From Rhodospirillales bacterium (GTDB lineage: Bacteria > Pseudomonadota > Alphaproteobacteria > Bin95): 64,000 bases of DNA. Below, piece by piece: positions 23,418 through 35,004 of the stretch. Positions within the stretch are counted from its first letter, which is position 1. Each line of letters begins with the position of its first letter. The translations under genes were made by a program, and so were the position numbers. Where the stretch lies: the NCBI GenBank assembly GCA_038143065.1, contig JAYQLI010000035.1:2144894-2208893 (forward strand). Reading direction: 5' to 3'. Below the pieces are notes generated by a model. It made no database searches, was not told the DNA's origin, and saw only the letters and a list, made by a program, of their open reading frames with translations.

Positions 23418-24276
23418 CTGACTGGTCAGAGCGCCGTAAAGCCTTCCGGCAAGTAATCGAAGGTCAAGCATGTGTTCATCCAGCATCTATTTTTGATCCA
23501 ATGTCAGCCCGAATTGCTCAGTCAATTGGATTTGAGATAGGGATGCTGGCTGGATCTACGGGATCACTGACTGTCTTAGGTGCCCCTGATTTGATTGTAC
23601 TGACCCTAACAGAATTTGCAGACCAGGCGCTTCGTATTAACCGGGCAGCAGAAATTCCATTGATGGTTGATGCAGATCATGGTTATGGCAATGCATTAAG
23701 TGTTATGCGTACCGTACAAGAACTAGAGACTGCCGGTGTTTCTGGAATGTCGATTGAAGATACGGAGCTACCCCAACCGTTTGGTGAGACTAAACAGCGC
23801 CTTCTTTCCATCGAAGAGGGAGTTGGAAAGATGAAAGCGGCGATGGCCGCCAAGCAAGATCCAAAGTTAGTCGTCGCTGGGCGCACAAGTGCGATCCAAA
23901 TTTCTGGGCTGGAGGAATGTTTGCGGCGAGCAAAAGCCTACGAGGCTTGTGATGTCGATATACTCTTTTTTGTTGGGGTAAAGACGCGGGCAGAATTAGA
24001 TGCGTTGTCTGCTGCTACGACATTACCAATAATGCTGGGGGGGCGACGCCTGAACTTTCGGACAAAGAATACCTCGCTAGTCGGCGCGTACGAATTGCTC
24101 TTCAAGGTCATCAGCCTATCATGGCGGGCATAGAGGCGGTAAGAGCCACTATGCAGGCTCTTCGTGATGGAACCTCACCAAAAGACTTAACTGGCTTGCC
24201 GTTGGCCGAAACTGTAAAAGTTGCTACGCGATCGGCTGATTATGACCGTTGGAGCGCGGATTTTCTCGGCCAATGA
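23414..24276 (+). CDS. Oxaloacetate decarboxylase-like (isocitrate lyase/PEP mutase family), C-terminal frameshift
   Basis: PASIFDPMSARIA, APDL, VDADHGYGNAL, SIEDT. Confidence 0.85.
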
Positions 24277-24554
24277 CACCAGAAAATCTTCGCCTCTCTG
24301 CGGAAGAAGATGCACCGCCAGCAAATCTTTCGCCGCTGCTTTGTGCTCTTTGGTTCGCTGCTAAGAACCAATGGAATGTGGCACATGAGATTGTTCAAGC
24401 AGAAGACGGCAAGGATGCCGCCTGGGTCCATGCCCACTTGCATCGTATTGAGGGCGACCTTGCTAACGCTAGTTATTGGTATCGTCGTGCTGGAAAGGTG
24501 GAACGTTCGAGCTCTTTAAGTGATGAATGGGAAGAGATCGTAACGGCACTATAG
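24273..24554 (+). CDS. Conserved hypothetical helical protein
   Basis: WNVAHEIVQ..AAWVHAHLHRIEGDLANASYWYRRAG pattern; ATGA overlap with the upstream stop. Confidence 0.7.
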   Translation: MTPENLRLSAEEDAPPANLSPLLCALWFAAKNQWNVAHEIVQAEDGKDAAWVHAHLHRIEGDLANASYWYRRAGKVERSSSLSDEWEEIVTAL

Positions 24555-24755
24555 TTCCTCAGTCTAAGGGTAATAGCCGTAGCTCCATCTGGATCGGTTT
24601 AAGCCCTCATCCAGGTGTTAGCCTAAGAGACGGTTTGTGCTTTAGCGGTTCTGGAAAACCTTTTTTGCTTCAAAGTATTGAGGCCTATTTTCCAAGGCGT
24701 GAAAGCGCATTCGCCATAGCGAGCCCCCCAATGTTGGCAATACGAATATCTTTAA

Positions 24756-25973
24756 TCATACAGATTTGCCGCGCTGGGCACGCCCTACCATGGCGAGCGC
24801 GCAGATAGATATAACTCCCAAGGCTGCCAGCGCCGCTGTTGCTGAAATGACTACCCCGTAACCCCCTAACTCCCAAATCAGAGCGCCCATGTGGGGTGCA
24901 AATGCAAATGCAGCCAAATATGGCAATGCTAGCCAACCAGCTATTGATCCAAAATTATCACGCCCAAGAAATTCAGCTGTCAGCGCCGGTTTTAATATGC
25001 TGGTGAGGCCGTATGCGCCGCCCTGCAATACTGCGAATAGGAAGGCTAACTCAGGTTCTCCGCCAGCTGTTAACAGCACCACAGAAGCTATCATCACGAT
25101 TAAAAATGCTGAGCCTGACATGGTTAGTGATTGCACACGCTTCTCGAACAACATCAACATAACCCGACCAAAAACTTGCATCGGTCCAATAGTCGAGGCG
25201 ACAAGGATTGCTGTTTCTCTTGTTATTTGACGCTCTGTTAGGATAGGCATGATGTGGTTGAGTAGGATGCCGTGGTTCAGCGCCATAAAAGGAAATGCGA
25301 TAGCCAACATCCAGAACTGTGGCCGGCGGATTGCTATTTGGACAGCAGCCGTATTCAACGCCTTGACTTCGCTACTGGGTCTATTTCTTGGCTTATCCTT
25401 TTCCACCAAGGCCGTGCCATAAAAAAGGGATGGCACAGCAACAATGGCGGCAATGATGGCAAAGACTAACAGACCAGTCCGCCAGTCAGTCTGCTTAAGC
25501 ATCCAGGCCGTAGTTAAGAAGCATAATGTGGACGCTAAGCCGGCTATCAAGGTGATTTTGGTAATTGCTGGCCTAGCTTTTTCACCAAACGCCCGAGTGA
25601 CTACAGAAAAACATGGCTCATAGAGGCAGCAACCTTGTGCAGCTCCGATTACAGCCCAAACGGCAAGGAATGTCCAAGGGTCACTTACGAAAGAAAGCCC
25701 AGCCAAGGCCAGGCAGCCAATAAAAGCGCCGCCTCCCAGGACCCAGCGACCCAGCCCTTCATCAATCCGGCGACCAGCCCAAGGCGAGACCAAAGCTGCG
25801 GTCAAGATTGCTACGGTTAGTCCTAGTGTTAAATCTGCCTTTTGCCAACCAAGCGTTTCCTCCCAGGTCAGTAGAAGGCCCGCAAAGATGTAGAAGATGT
25901 AGGCCCAGATAACTGTCTCGCCTAGGCCGAGCAGCCATACCCCTAACAATCGTTTATGGCTTGCATCAGTCAT
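24756..25973 (-). CDS. MFS transporter
   Basis: About 12 hydrophobic segments; GRRIDEGLGR motif-A-like. Confidence 0.88.
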   Translation of the reverse strand: MTDASHKRLLGVWLLGLGETVIWAYIFYIFAGLLLTWEETLGWQKADLTLGLTVAILTAALVSPWAGRRIDEGLGRWVLGGGAFIGCLALAGLSFVSDPWTFLAVWAVIGAAQGCCLYEPCFSVVTRAFGEKARPAITKITLIAGLASTLCFLTTAWMLKQTDWRTGLLVFAIIAAIVAVPSLFYGTALVEKDKPRNRPSSEVKALNTAAVQIAIRRPQFWMLAIAFPFMALNHGILLNHIMPILTERQITRETAILVASTIGPMQVFGRVMLMLFEKRVQSLTMSGSAFLIVMIASVVLLTAGGEPELAFLFAVLQGGAYGLTSILKPALTAEFLGRDNFGSIAGWLALPYLAAFAFAPHMGALIWELGGYGVVISATAALAALGVISICALAMVGRAQRGKSV

Positions 25974-26082
25974 TAGAACTGCTAAGCCTGAAAAACTCTA
26001 AGGAACCAGGGTGAGACATAGCGAAACCAAACAAAAATGTTTCGCCATAATCGAAGTCATGGTGATCCAGCGCAAGCCCCTC

Positions 26083-26526
26083 TTATACCAGCCCTAATTC
26101 TTTCAATTCAGCTAGCATCGAGGCTGGCATCGCTGGGTCGATTTCACCTGAGAGTTCGTGAAGATCTTCTGGCGCATCTTTGGCGTCAAGATATCTCCAG
26201 CCTTGGAATGGCCGAGTGGCGCGGGGGACGACTGGGATCAATTCTGGTGCCAGTAAAATGCCACACCGTCGTATCCCATCTTCACCATACACTTCTTCAA
26301 AGTCCAAAATAATTTGGCGAGCTTGCATAACGCCCTTGATTACCCAGAACATGCTCCCACTATTGGCAAGCAGTTCATTGGCTCGCTTTGGCCACATGCG
26401 TGTCACGTGACGGCTGATAGCTGGCTCACCACGTTCCTTGCGTTGGGAGCGGCGCATTGCCTGGATTGTAGCAAGATTATCGATGCTATCTGTGCCTACA
26501 GAGAGTTTTCGGAGATGTAGCGTCAT
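26083..26526 (-). CDS. DUF1489 family protein
   Basis: LHLRKLSVG, HVTRMWPKR, GSMFWVIKG, RPFQGWRYL. Confidence 0.88.
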   Translation of the reverse strand: MTLHLRKLSVGTDSIDNLATIQAMRRSQRKERGEPAISRHVTRMWPKRANELLANSGSMFWVIKGVMQARQIILDFEEVYGEDGIRRCGILLAPELIPVVPRATRPFQGWRYLDAKDAPEDLHELSGEIDPAMPASMLAELKELGLV

Positions 26527-26633
26527 GAGGTAAACTTATAGTTATGATGATGCTCGTCTATGGGATGGATTGTGGATTGTCTAACGGTTAGAGTTTTGTG
26601 GTACATCAATTTTCTTTCAGAGGAGCTCTTCCC

Positions 26634-27260
26634 ATGTCGATAACTCTTTACGGCATAGCTGCCAGTCGCGCGTCGCGCTGCCTTTGGGCGCTAGAAGAAA
26701 CTGGTTTGCCTTACCAACACGTTAAAACAGTGATGCGCAAGGACACTGGGACACCAGAGTTTCTGAAAGTTAATCCTAATGGACGTATACCAGCCCTTGT
26801 TGATGGTGAGGTAGTAGTGTTCGAGTCTTTGGCCATAAATTCTTATATTGCTAGTAAGGCTGGAGGAGACTTGGCGCCTAAGAATTTAGTGGAAAGCGCA
26901 GCTTTAATGCAGTGGTCGCTTTGGGTGATGACGGAAGCTGAAAAGGCCTTGCTCGATGCTATGTTCCATACTCTGGGTATCATGGGTAGAGAGAAAGACG
27001 TCGATAAGGTTGCCGAAGCAGTTTCAATACTGGAGCGTCCATTTAAGGTATTGAATCTAGAGTTAGAAAAAAAGAATTGGATTGTGGGAGATCGCTTCTC
27101 AATAATCGACCTAAACGTTGCCAGCGTTCTCTCGTGGGCAAAGACTGCAAGGTTAGATCTATCTGCGTTTCCTAATATTGAATGTTGGCTTACGGCTTGC
27201 TTGGGACGGCCAGCTTTCGGACGTGTGAGGAAATGCAGAAGGCGGGTTAGCAATTACTGA
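26634..27260 (+). CDS. Glutathione S-transferase
   Basis: SRASRCLWALEE, NPNGRIPAL, FESLAI, FSIIDL. Confidence 0.9.
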   Translation: MSITLYGIAASRASRCLWALEETGLPYQHVKTVMRKDTGTPEFLKVNPNGRIPALVDGEVVVFESLAINSYIASKAGGDLAPKNLVESAALMQWSLWVMTEAEKALLDAMFHTLGIMGREKDVDKVAEAVSILERPFKVLNLELEKKNWIVGDRFSIIDLNVASVLSWAKTARLDLSAFPNIECWLTACLGRPAFGRVRKCRRRVSNY

Positions 27261-28390
27261 CGGAACTGTTTTGACAGCTTCAGGCCCTGACTTTGGTAGT
27301 TGGAGCCCGCACCTTGGCCATAGAGGAGATCCGTAGCGCTAGTAAGGCGCTCAATTGCTACAAAGCCGGCGACCTGCCCGTCATCAACCATAAAGGGCAC
27401 CTCATGGCTGCGGACTTCCAGTACTATTTTTGCACCTATCCTCTTATTGCCCTGATAGCCAAAACCAGGGTCAAAAAAGCCCGCATAGTGGACCCTAAAT
27501 TCCCCTACCAGAGTATCGTAGGCAAACATGTCCGCAGCCCAACCATCGGGAATTGCGACGGTTTCTTTTGTTGCAAGAATATGAAAATGGTCTCTTTCTA
27601 GAATTAGGCCCCTGCCTTCAGGCCGATAAAGTGTTTCCCAGAAATCAGATGGCTCGTAGGCAGCTTTTTGATCCACATCTATAGGTTGATCAGTAGTTCG
27701 GGATTTGTAACCAACAACTCCCGTGTCCAGATTGCCTATAACGTCTACGGAAAGTGCAATTGCTCCATCCCGGACAATGGCATTGCCAACCTCTGGGAGA
27801 ATTACACCATAAGTTTCGTTAAGCTCTCGAACGGCCCGACTTCCAATACTGGGTGTTCCGGTTCGGAAGCGTAGCTGAGCTAGTCTCGAGCCAGGTCGCA
27901 CTATTATGTTAAAAGACCTAGGAGCAATTTCTAACCAAAGTGGCCCAGTGTAACCTTCTTCAACGGTATCAAATTGAACACCAAAATCTGTAATGAGCCG
28001 CGCAAATATATCTAATCTTCCTGTCGAACTTTTAGGATTTGCGAAACCAGACTCGCGCCGTCTTAAGTCTACTGTCTCTTGCAAACGAACTATGTAGATT
28101 GATCCTGTTTTAAGCTCTGCGCCCCCTGATAGATCGATGCGCTTGGCGTCAACAGATTTGAGCTTGTCCGCCATAGACCAATCGCGGCCCGGTAGGAAGC
28201 TGGCGGGCACTTCGTAACCTTGGGCTGACAGCCGAAGGTCTAAACTTGCGGGTTGAATTTGATCGATATCGAAAGGTGTCTCGGCACGAATTCGACCAAC
28301 TTCAGCGACTTGGCGAATGCGTTGCGCAGGCCAAACACCAGTTCCGCCTTCATGTTCGCGAGGAATTTCTGGAAATATTGGTTGCTTCAT
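27254..28390 (-). CDS. dcd: dCTP deaminase (two-domain alphaproteobacterial type)
   Basis: QIQPASLDLRL, ANPKSSTGRLD, GEFRVHYAGFFDPGFG, SNYQSQGLKLSK. Confidence 0.9.
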   Translation of the reverse strand: MKQPIFPEIPREHEGGTGVWPAQRIRQVAEVGRIRAETPFDIDQIQPASLDLRLSAQGYEVPASFLPGRDWSMADKLKSVDAKRIDLSGGAELKTGSIYIVRLQETVDLRRRESGFANPKSSTGRLDIFARLITDFGVQFDTVEEGYTGPLWLEIAPRSFNIIVRPGSRLAQLRFRTGTPSIGSRAVRELNETYGVILPEVGNAIVRDGAIALSVDVIGNLDTGVVGYKSRTTDQPIDVDQKAAYEPSDFWETLYRPEGRGLILERDHFHILATKETVAIPDGWAADMFAYDTLVGEFRVHYAGFFDPGFGYQGNKRIGAKIVLEVRSHEVPFMVDDGQVAGFVAIERLTSATDLLYGQGAGSNYQSQGLKLSKQFRQ

Positions 28391-28471
28391 AGTCAGGGTA
28401 TTTTTGGATAAAGTAGATAACCAATAGACCCGGAATCTGCTCTGAAGCAAAGGCCGGCCTATCCACAGGCG

Positions 28472-28499
28472 CTTGACCTAACCCTGCTTTATCCCACAT
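28472..28499 (+). promoter_or_regulatory. Putative RpoH (sigma32) promoter of hslVU
   Basis: CTTG-N17-CCCACAT upstream of a heat-shock operon. Confidence 0.5.
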
Positions 28500-28533
28500 G
28501 CATGCAGGACAACACATAAAGTTCGGATTCACG

Positions 28534-29093
28534 ATGGCTGATAATGACCCTTTACTTTGGCACGGTACCACTATTCTCGCAGTTAGAAAGAATGGCCGAG
28601 TAGCCATCGCCGGGGATGGGCAGGTGAGCTTAGGCCATACTGTTATTAAGGGTACCGCTAGAAAGGTCCGTAGACTCGCAGGTGGGACAGTGATTGCAGG
28701 TTTTGCTGGTGCCACTGCTGATGCATTCGCTCTTTTTGAAAGACTCGAAGCCAAACTTGAACAGTATCCAGGCCAGCTGGGCGCGCTGCGGTGGAGATGG
28801 CAAAGGAATGGCGCACCGACCGATATCTCCGAAGGTTAGAGGCGATGATGGCGGTTGCTGACGCCTCTACTTCTCTCACCTTGACGGGTGTGGGCGATGT
28901 GCTGGAGCCAGATGATGGTCTAATAGGAATTGGGTCAGGAGGCGGGTATGCTCTTTCAGCTGCTCGTGCACTTTTACCGCTTGAAGGAATGGATGCTGAA
29001 ATGATTGCGCGTCGTAGTCTTGAAATTGCATCAGAAATTTGCGTTTACACTAATAACAACATCGTCATCGAAGCTATGGACGCGGAAGTATAA
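28534..29093 (+). CDS. hslV: ATP-dependent protease subunit HslV (frameshift near 28780)
   Basis: [46 protein letters not shown]. Confidence 0.96.
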
Positions 29094-30405
29094 TGACCAG
29101 CTTTTCCCCCGCGAAATCGTATCAGAACTCGATCGTCACATAATTGGACAGAAAGATGCAAAGCGCGCCGTCGCGGTGGCATTGCGTAACCGTTGGCGTC
29201 GGCGTCAATTGCCCGATAGCCTTAAAGATGAGGTCCTGCCGAAAAATATTTTGATGATAGGGCCTACAGGAGTTGGCAAAACTGAGGGTGCGCGGCGCCT
29301 TGCTCGGCTTGCCGAGGCGCCTTTTATAAAGGTTGAAGCAACGAAGTTTACGGAATTTGGATATGTTGGCCGTGATGTAGAGTCTATCGTGAGGGATCTT
29401 CTTGAAATTGCAGTGCATGCGGCCCGAGAAAAACAGAGAGCGACATTACTTCCGAAAGCAGAGATCGCTGCGGAAGAACGAGTTATAGATGCATTGGTGG
29501 GTGAGGCAGCATCTGAGTCTTCGAGACAGACTTTCCGAAAGAAGCTCCGCGAAAATGAGTTGAATGATCGAGAAATAGAGATCGAACTTCGAGATGGTCC
29601 TGGGGGACCAAAAATGCCGAGCTTTGAGATACCTGGCATGCCGGGAGCTCAAATGGGAGTGATGAACCTAAACGATATCTTTGGTAAGGCGTTTCAGGCG
29701 CCGACCAAGAAGCGCCGCATGACAGTGGGTGAGAGTTATGAGGCTCTTGTTCGTGAAGAGAGTGAAGCATTAGTGGATGAAGATGCTGCTGCTCGCGAGG
29801 CTGTTGAAGCTGTTGAGGAGAATGGCATCGTTTTTCTCGATGAAATCGACAAAATTGCAAGTGCAGCTAACCGCTCTGGTGCCGACGTTTCAAGGGAGGG
29901 TGTTCAGCGGGATTTGCTGCCTCTCATAGAGGGAGCAACGGTGCCTACTAAGTATGGAACCGTAAAAACTGATCATATACTTTTCATTGCCTCCGGCGCT
30001 TTCCACCTGGCGAAGCCGTCGGATTTATTGCCTGAGCTTCAGGGGCGTTTACCTATCCGCGTTGAATTAAAGGCCCTCGAAAGGGATGATTTTGTGAGAA
30101 TTTTACGAGAGCCTGAAGCATCTTTACTCGTGCAATACAAAGCGCTCATGGAAACTGAAGGTGTGACCTTAGACTTTACTGACGATGCGATCGAAGCACT
30201 TGCGGACCTAACAGCGGAAATAAATGCTAGTGTTGAGAATATTGGTGCCCGGCGTCTGCATACTGTTATGGAGAGATTGCTGGAGGAAATAAGTTTTGAT
30301 GCATCTGACCGAAAGGGTGAGTCGATTAAAATAGATGGTGAGATGGTTAGAGACCGTGTCGGAGAACTCGCTAAGGACACTGATCTTTCAAAATTTATCT
30401 TATAA
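29093..30405 (+). CDS. hslU: ATP-dependent protease ATPase subunit HslU (frameshift near start)
   Basis: [41 protein letters not shown]. Confidence 0.96.
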
Positions 30406-30444
30406 ACTTTTGGTTTAATTCAGCCTCTTTAGGGGACCAGATCC

Positions 30445-31327
30445 ATGTCCAATTCCCAGATTGCTCAAATTCCTGGGGTATATCATCGCAAGATTGGCGA
30501 AATCATTGTGACTGCAGTTTCAGATGGCTATCTGGATGGTGATGTAAGCGTTTTGCGGAATATTGATGAAAACGACGCTATGGCAATGCTCAAGGCGAAC
30601 TTTAGAAAGGGTCGCCGAACTTTCGTTAATGGGTTCATTATCCGTTCAAAAGGGCGCACAGCTCTCGTTGAAACGGGTTCAGGTAATTACCTCTTGCCAA
30701 CTGCGGGAAAGCTTTTGTCAAACGTAATTGCGGCAGGGGTAGACCCAAAAGAGATCGATACTGTCCTTTTTAACCCATATGCACCCTGATCATTCCGCTG
30801 GGTTAACCAATATGGCGGACAACTCGCTTTACTTCCCGAATGCTGAACTTGTCGCTCACGAGAATGAGCCGAAGCATTGGCAAGATGATTCAGCTATGGC
30901 CAGGGCTGATGATCGCGCGAAGAAGTTGTATTTTCAGGCGGCGCGAGAGCAAATCACTCCATATGCAAAGCAAAGCCGTTTCTTCCAAAAAGATGAGGAG
31001 GTTTTCCCTGGCGTGACCGCTCTTAGGGCCCATGGTCATACGCCAGGCCATACCTGCTATATGATTGAATCTGGTGGTGAAAGTCTTTTGATTTGGGGCG
31101 ATATCGTGCATGTGCCCGAGATACAAACCGCACGTCCGGAAGTCGCAATAGCTTTTGATACAGATATCGAAGCGGCTATTGCATCACGCCGCCGGATTTT
31201 TGACATGGCTGAGCAGGATGGCCTTTTGGTTGCGGGAATGCACTTACACTTTCCAACTTTTAGCCACTTGGTGAAAAGTGGGGAAGGTTACAGCTTAATT
31301 CCAGAACCTTGGGCCCACGATATGTGA
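30445..31327 (+). CDS. MBL-fold metallohydrolase, frameshifted
   Basis: THMHPDH, GHTPGH, WGDIVH, GMHLHFP. Confidence 0.85.
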
Positions 31328-31374
31328 GGCGGATATGCTCGTGCCTTGACGATACAGGGCAGCGGGCATCTCAA

Positions 31375-31656
31375 TCAGTCAGTACGGCTGGTCACTTCCA
31401 ACAGATGATAGCCAAATTGGGTCTTAACCGGGCCTTGTACTTCGTTGACTGCTGCGCTGAACACAACCCTATCAAACTCTGGAACCATCTGGCCTGGACC
31501 GAATGATCCGAGATCGCCACCACTCCGACCAGATGGGCAGGATGAGTGCTGTTGCGCCAGCTTGGCGAAGTCTTCGCCGTTGGCAATCTTGTCCTTGAGC
31601 TCCTGGCAAAGCTCCTCGGAATCGACCAAAATGTGTCTTGCTGTGGCGCTCGCCAT
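31375..31656 (-). CDS. ppiC: Parvulin-type peptidyl-prolyl isomerase (single domain)
   Basis: ARHILV, HSSCPSG..GGDLG.F.PGQMVPEFD, KTQFGYHL. Confidence 0.93.
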   Translation of the reverse strand: MASATARHILVDSEELCQELKDKIANGEDFAKLAQQHSSCPSGRSGGDLGSFGPGQMVPEFDRVVFSAAVNEVQGPVKTQFGYHLLEVTSRTD

Positions 31657-32145
31657 GGATCTTCCTTTTGAACTTGGAATTGGGTGAAGGATTAACTTCG
31701 GTTGAGATTTGAGATCGTGGATACAGGGTTCTACGTTGTCAATCAACGATAAACAGTTTCTCGTCTATATTGGTGAGCCATCGCTGCACCACGAAATTAT
31801 AGGCGGCCTGGTGCCCCATTTCTGGTTTCAGGATGAATTTGCGGCCATCCTTCTGTTCAGTTTGTAATTGGCCTTACATGCAGAAGATAATCTGAATTCC
31901 ACGCACTAAAGATCAGTCAGATGTCAGGGCAAGTTTTCCAGCATCCGCATATCTGTGTGTCCGAAATCACAAAAAAGATGCGGCTGAATGAGATAGTCAA
32001 TAAAACCATTGGTAGCTGTACATTTAATGCGCCCACTCTTATGTTGCGCGTCTTAATGACTCGGCTATGCGCCTAACAATCTGCTGATCTTGTGGGGAAA
32101 CAGGTTTCCCAGATAATTGATCTCAGACACCCTGAAAGATAGTGT

Positions 32146-34109
32146 ATGACGGATTTCGAAGGCGTGGTTCCGGCGCTTCAAAAGGCATTGATAAAGCGCG
32201 GATATAAGACCCTGACCTCGGTGCAAAATGCGGTCCTCGCGAAGGAAATGCGTGATGCCGATAGTTTGGTTTCGGCACAGACTGGATCTGGAAAGACGGT
32301 GGCTTTTGGGCTGGCTATGGCCCCAACCCTACTGGCGGGTGCTGATATTTTCGGTCCTGCGCGCGCGCCACTAGCGTTGACAGTTGCCCCGACGCGCGAG
32401 CTAGCCTTGCAAGTAATGCGGGAACTAGATTGGCTCTATGAGTTCACGGACGCCTGCGTGACCTCCTGCGTTGGTGGTATGGACATGCGAGCTGAGCGAA
32501 GAGCTTTGGAACGTGGGGCGCATATCGTTGTAGGTACGCCGGGGCGGCTTCGTGACCATATCGAGCGCGGTTCGCTTGATTTGTCTCGGATCAAGGTGGT
32601 TGTTCTGGACGAGGCAGACGAGATGCTTGATCTCGGCTTTCGAGAGGACCTGGAATTCATCCTGCAGGCCGCGCCGGAAAATCGAAGAACCCTTATGTTT
32701 TCGGCTACTGTACCCAAGACCATTGCCGCTCTCGCTAAACGCTATCAGCAAGATGCAGTCCGTATCACTACTGCAGGTGAAGAACATCAACACGGCGACA
32801 TTGCATATCGTGCGTTGACCTGTGCCCCAACTGATACGGAAAACGCCATCATCAATGTTTTGCGTTACATGGATCCGACCTCGGCTATCGTTTTCTGCGG
32901 CACTCGGGCAACGGTTAATCACCTGACCAGCCGTTTCACCAACCGTGGAATTTCTGTGGTGGCCCTATCGGGAGAACCGAATCAGAGCGCGCGATCCCAT
33001 GCCCTTCAGGCGCTGCGGGATGGCCGTGCAAGGGTTTGTGTTGCGACGGACGTCGCAGCCAGGGGCATTGATTTACCAAACCTAGAATTAGTGATCCACG
33101 CCGATCTGCCGAGGAATTCGGAATCATTATTGCATCGTAGCGGACGCACTGGGCGAGCAGGCCGAAAGGGCGTTGCCACTTTGATCGTGCCTTACCCTCG
33201 CCGACGACATACAGAACGATTGTTAAGAAATGCAAATATCGAGGCGATTTGGGCTAAACCCCCTTCAGTTGAACAAATTCAGGAGCAGGATCGTCAGCGA
33301 GTACTGGAAGATGCGGACCTGAGTGGCGACTTTACTCAGGATGAGCGCATGTTTGCGAATGAGCTCTTGAATCGCTTCGATGCAGAAGCAGTTGCCATAG
33401 CTTTCCTGCGAAAGTTCATGGCGGGATTGTCGGCGCCAGAGGAGCTTCTGGACGCTTGGCCGGATGGCGGCCGCAGCGATCGCAAAGACCACACAGGACG
33501 CAGCCAAGGTGATGAGAGCAGCAAACGCGGAAGCGATTTTGAGGATGGGGTCTGGTTGCGACTGTCTGTCGGTCGAAACCACAGAGCCGAGCCACGCTGG
33601 TTGTTACCAATGCTATGCCGTCATGGCAACATAACCAAGACTCAGGTTGGCTCCATCAAGATATTCGACGCTGAAACTCATGTGGAACTTCGCCCCGAAG
33701 CGCTTGACAAGTTCTTGCAGGCAATAGGCCCCAGTCGCAAGCTCGAGAAGACTATCACGGTTGACCGAGTTGTTGGCGATTCTGTTTCTGCCGGCACAAC
33801 CGCGAAGCGCAGAGGTGTTTCAGGGGTGCAACACGCCGAGCACGGCGATCTCACGGAGACAGTCCAAGACAAGAATCTACGTCGAAAGCTTCTCACATCC
33901 AAACTAACGACTTTGATACCAAGCCTGGTGAGGCTGCACCGAACCAGCGTAAACCCAAGAAGCTTAAAAATTCTAAAAAACCCAAAGTACATAAAGGCAA
34001 GATAAAAACGAACTTCAAGGAGGCCAAATCTCGCAAAGCCAAGCCTGGGGAAGAAAAGCGAGGACGGGCCAAGCCTAAGAAGGGGCGCAGCAAGAGCCCG
34101 ACTGGATAG
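32146..34109 (+). CDS. DEAD-box RNA helicase with DbpA-type RNA-binding domain and basic tail (late frameshift)
   Basis: AQTGSGKT, PTRELA, DEAD, SAT, HRSGRTGRAG; Lys-rich tail in the shifted frame ends at 34109. Confidence 0.93.
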
Positions 34110-34280
34110 TTTGATCCCGACCCATGGGTACCTTCTGGCGCTTGGTTCCAACACAACATCAGCTGAAAGCCTCTAAGTGAGGCTGCCTTGTATAGATGAT
34201 CGTTGATGCCTAGATCGGACGGGAATTGCTAGCAGTATTGTCCAGATACGTTGATATGAGGGCTGGAGTCTTGAGTAAAA

Positions 34281-34952
34281 CTAGGGATTCCATAATTCTA
34301 AGTCTGCAACGGATGCCCGAATTTTAGTTTTTGTATCGTCGCTATCTGCAGAAATTGCTAAACCAACAAGCGTTGTGATTGGTGAACCAAAAGCAGTTAA
34401 AAAGTCTTGGTCTAAATTTACAGACTCTTGAAACCTTCCCAAGCCAGAGGGGCGTAGGATAATCGTTTTACCCTGATTACCCAGGTACGGCGTTAACAAA
34501 AAATCACCTCGTTTATGAGCTCCTCCAAAAACGTACATTAATACCCTGATGGATTTATTGTCGAGCATTGAAAGCATTGACTTATGTTGCAGGGTTGGTG
34601 CGTCTTTTTCCTCCGCGAATACAAAGTACATTGCAAGATTGCGATCATCGCTTCCTTTAATAGTTAGATCCGTTGGGGGAACAGTTTTAGTTACCTCCCA
34701 TGTCCATGAAGCTTTTTTGGTCGATCCATTTTTGCCCTCTCTCGCAGACCAAATCATCGACACGGTTTTGTCAGATTCAACCAACACCTGGTTCATATTG
34801 GTTATGTATTTATTTGATGAGAACACTGAAAATTTTTGATGGGCCCAGCCATCAAAATTGATCGACTCTGCTAATGCTGGATTGATGATAAATACCAACA
34901 TGGCTAGCAGGCACCGAAGTATCTTCCCCGCTGAAAACAATGAATTATTCAT
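34281..34952 (-). CDS. DUF3047-family exported protein
   Basis: Signal peptide; SWTWEV, KGSDDR, AISADSDDT. Confidence 0.7.
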   Translation of the reverse strand: MNNSLFSAGKILRCLLAMLVFIINPALAESINFDGWAHQKFSVFSSNKYITNMNQVLVESDKTVSMIWSAREGKNGSTKKASWTWEVTKTVPPTDLTIKGSDDRNLAMYFVFAEEKDAPTLQHKSMLSMLDNKSIRVLMYVFGGAHKRGDFLLTPYLGNQGKTIILRPSGLGRFQESVNLDQDFLTAFGSPITTLVGLAISADSDDTKTKIRASVADLELWNP

Positions 34953-35004
34953 TCGCTCTTTATGTTCAACTGCAACTAAAGATTAGTTTTAAGCAAAACA
35001 AAAA

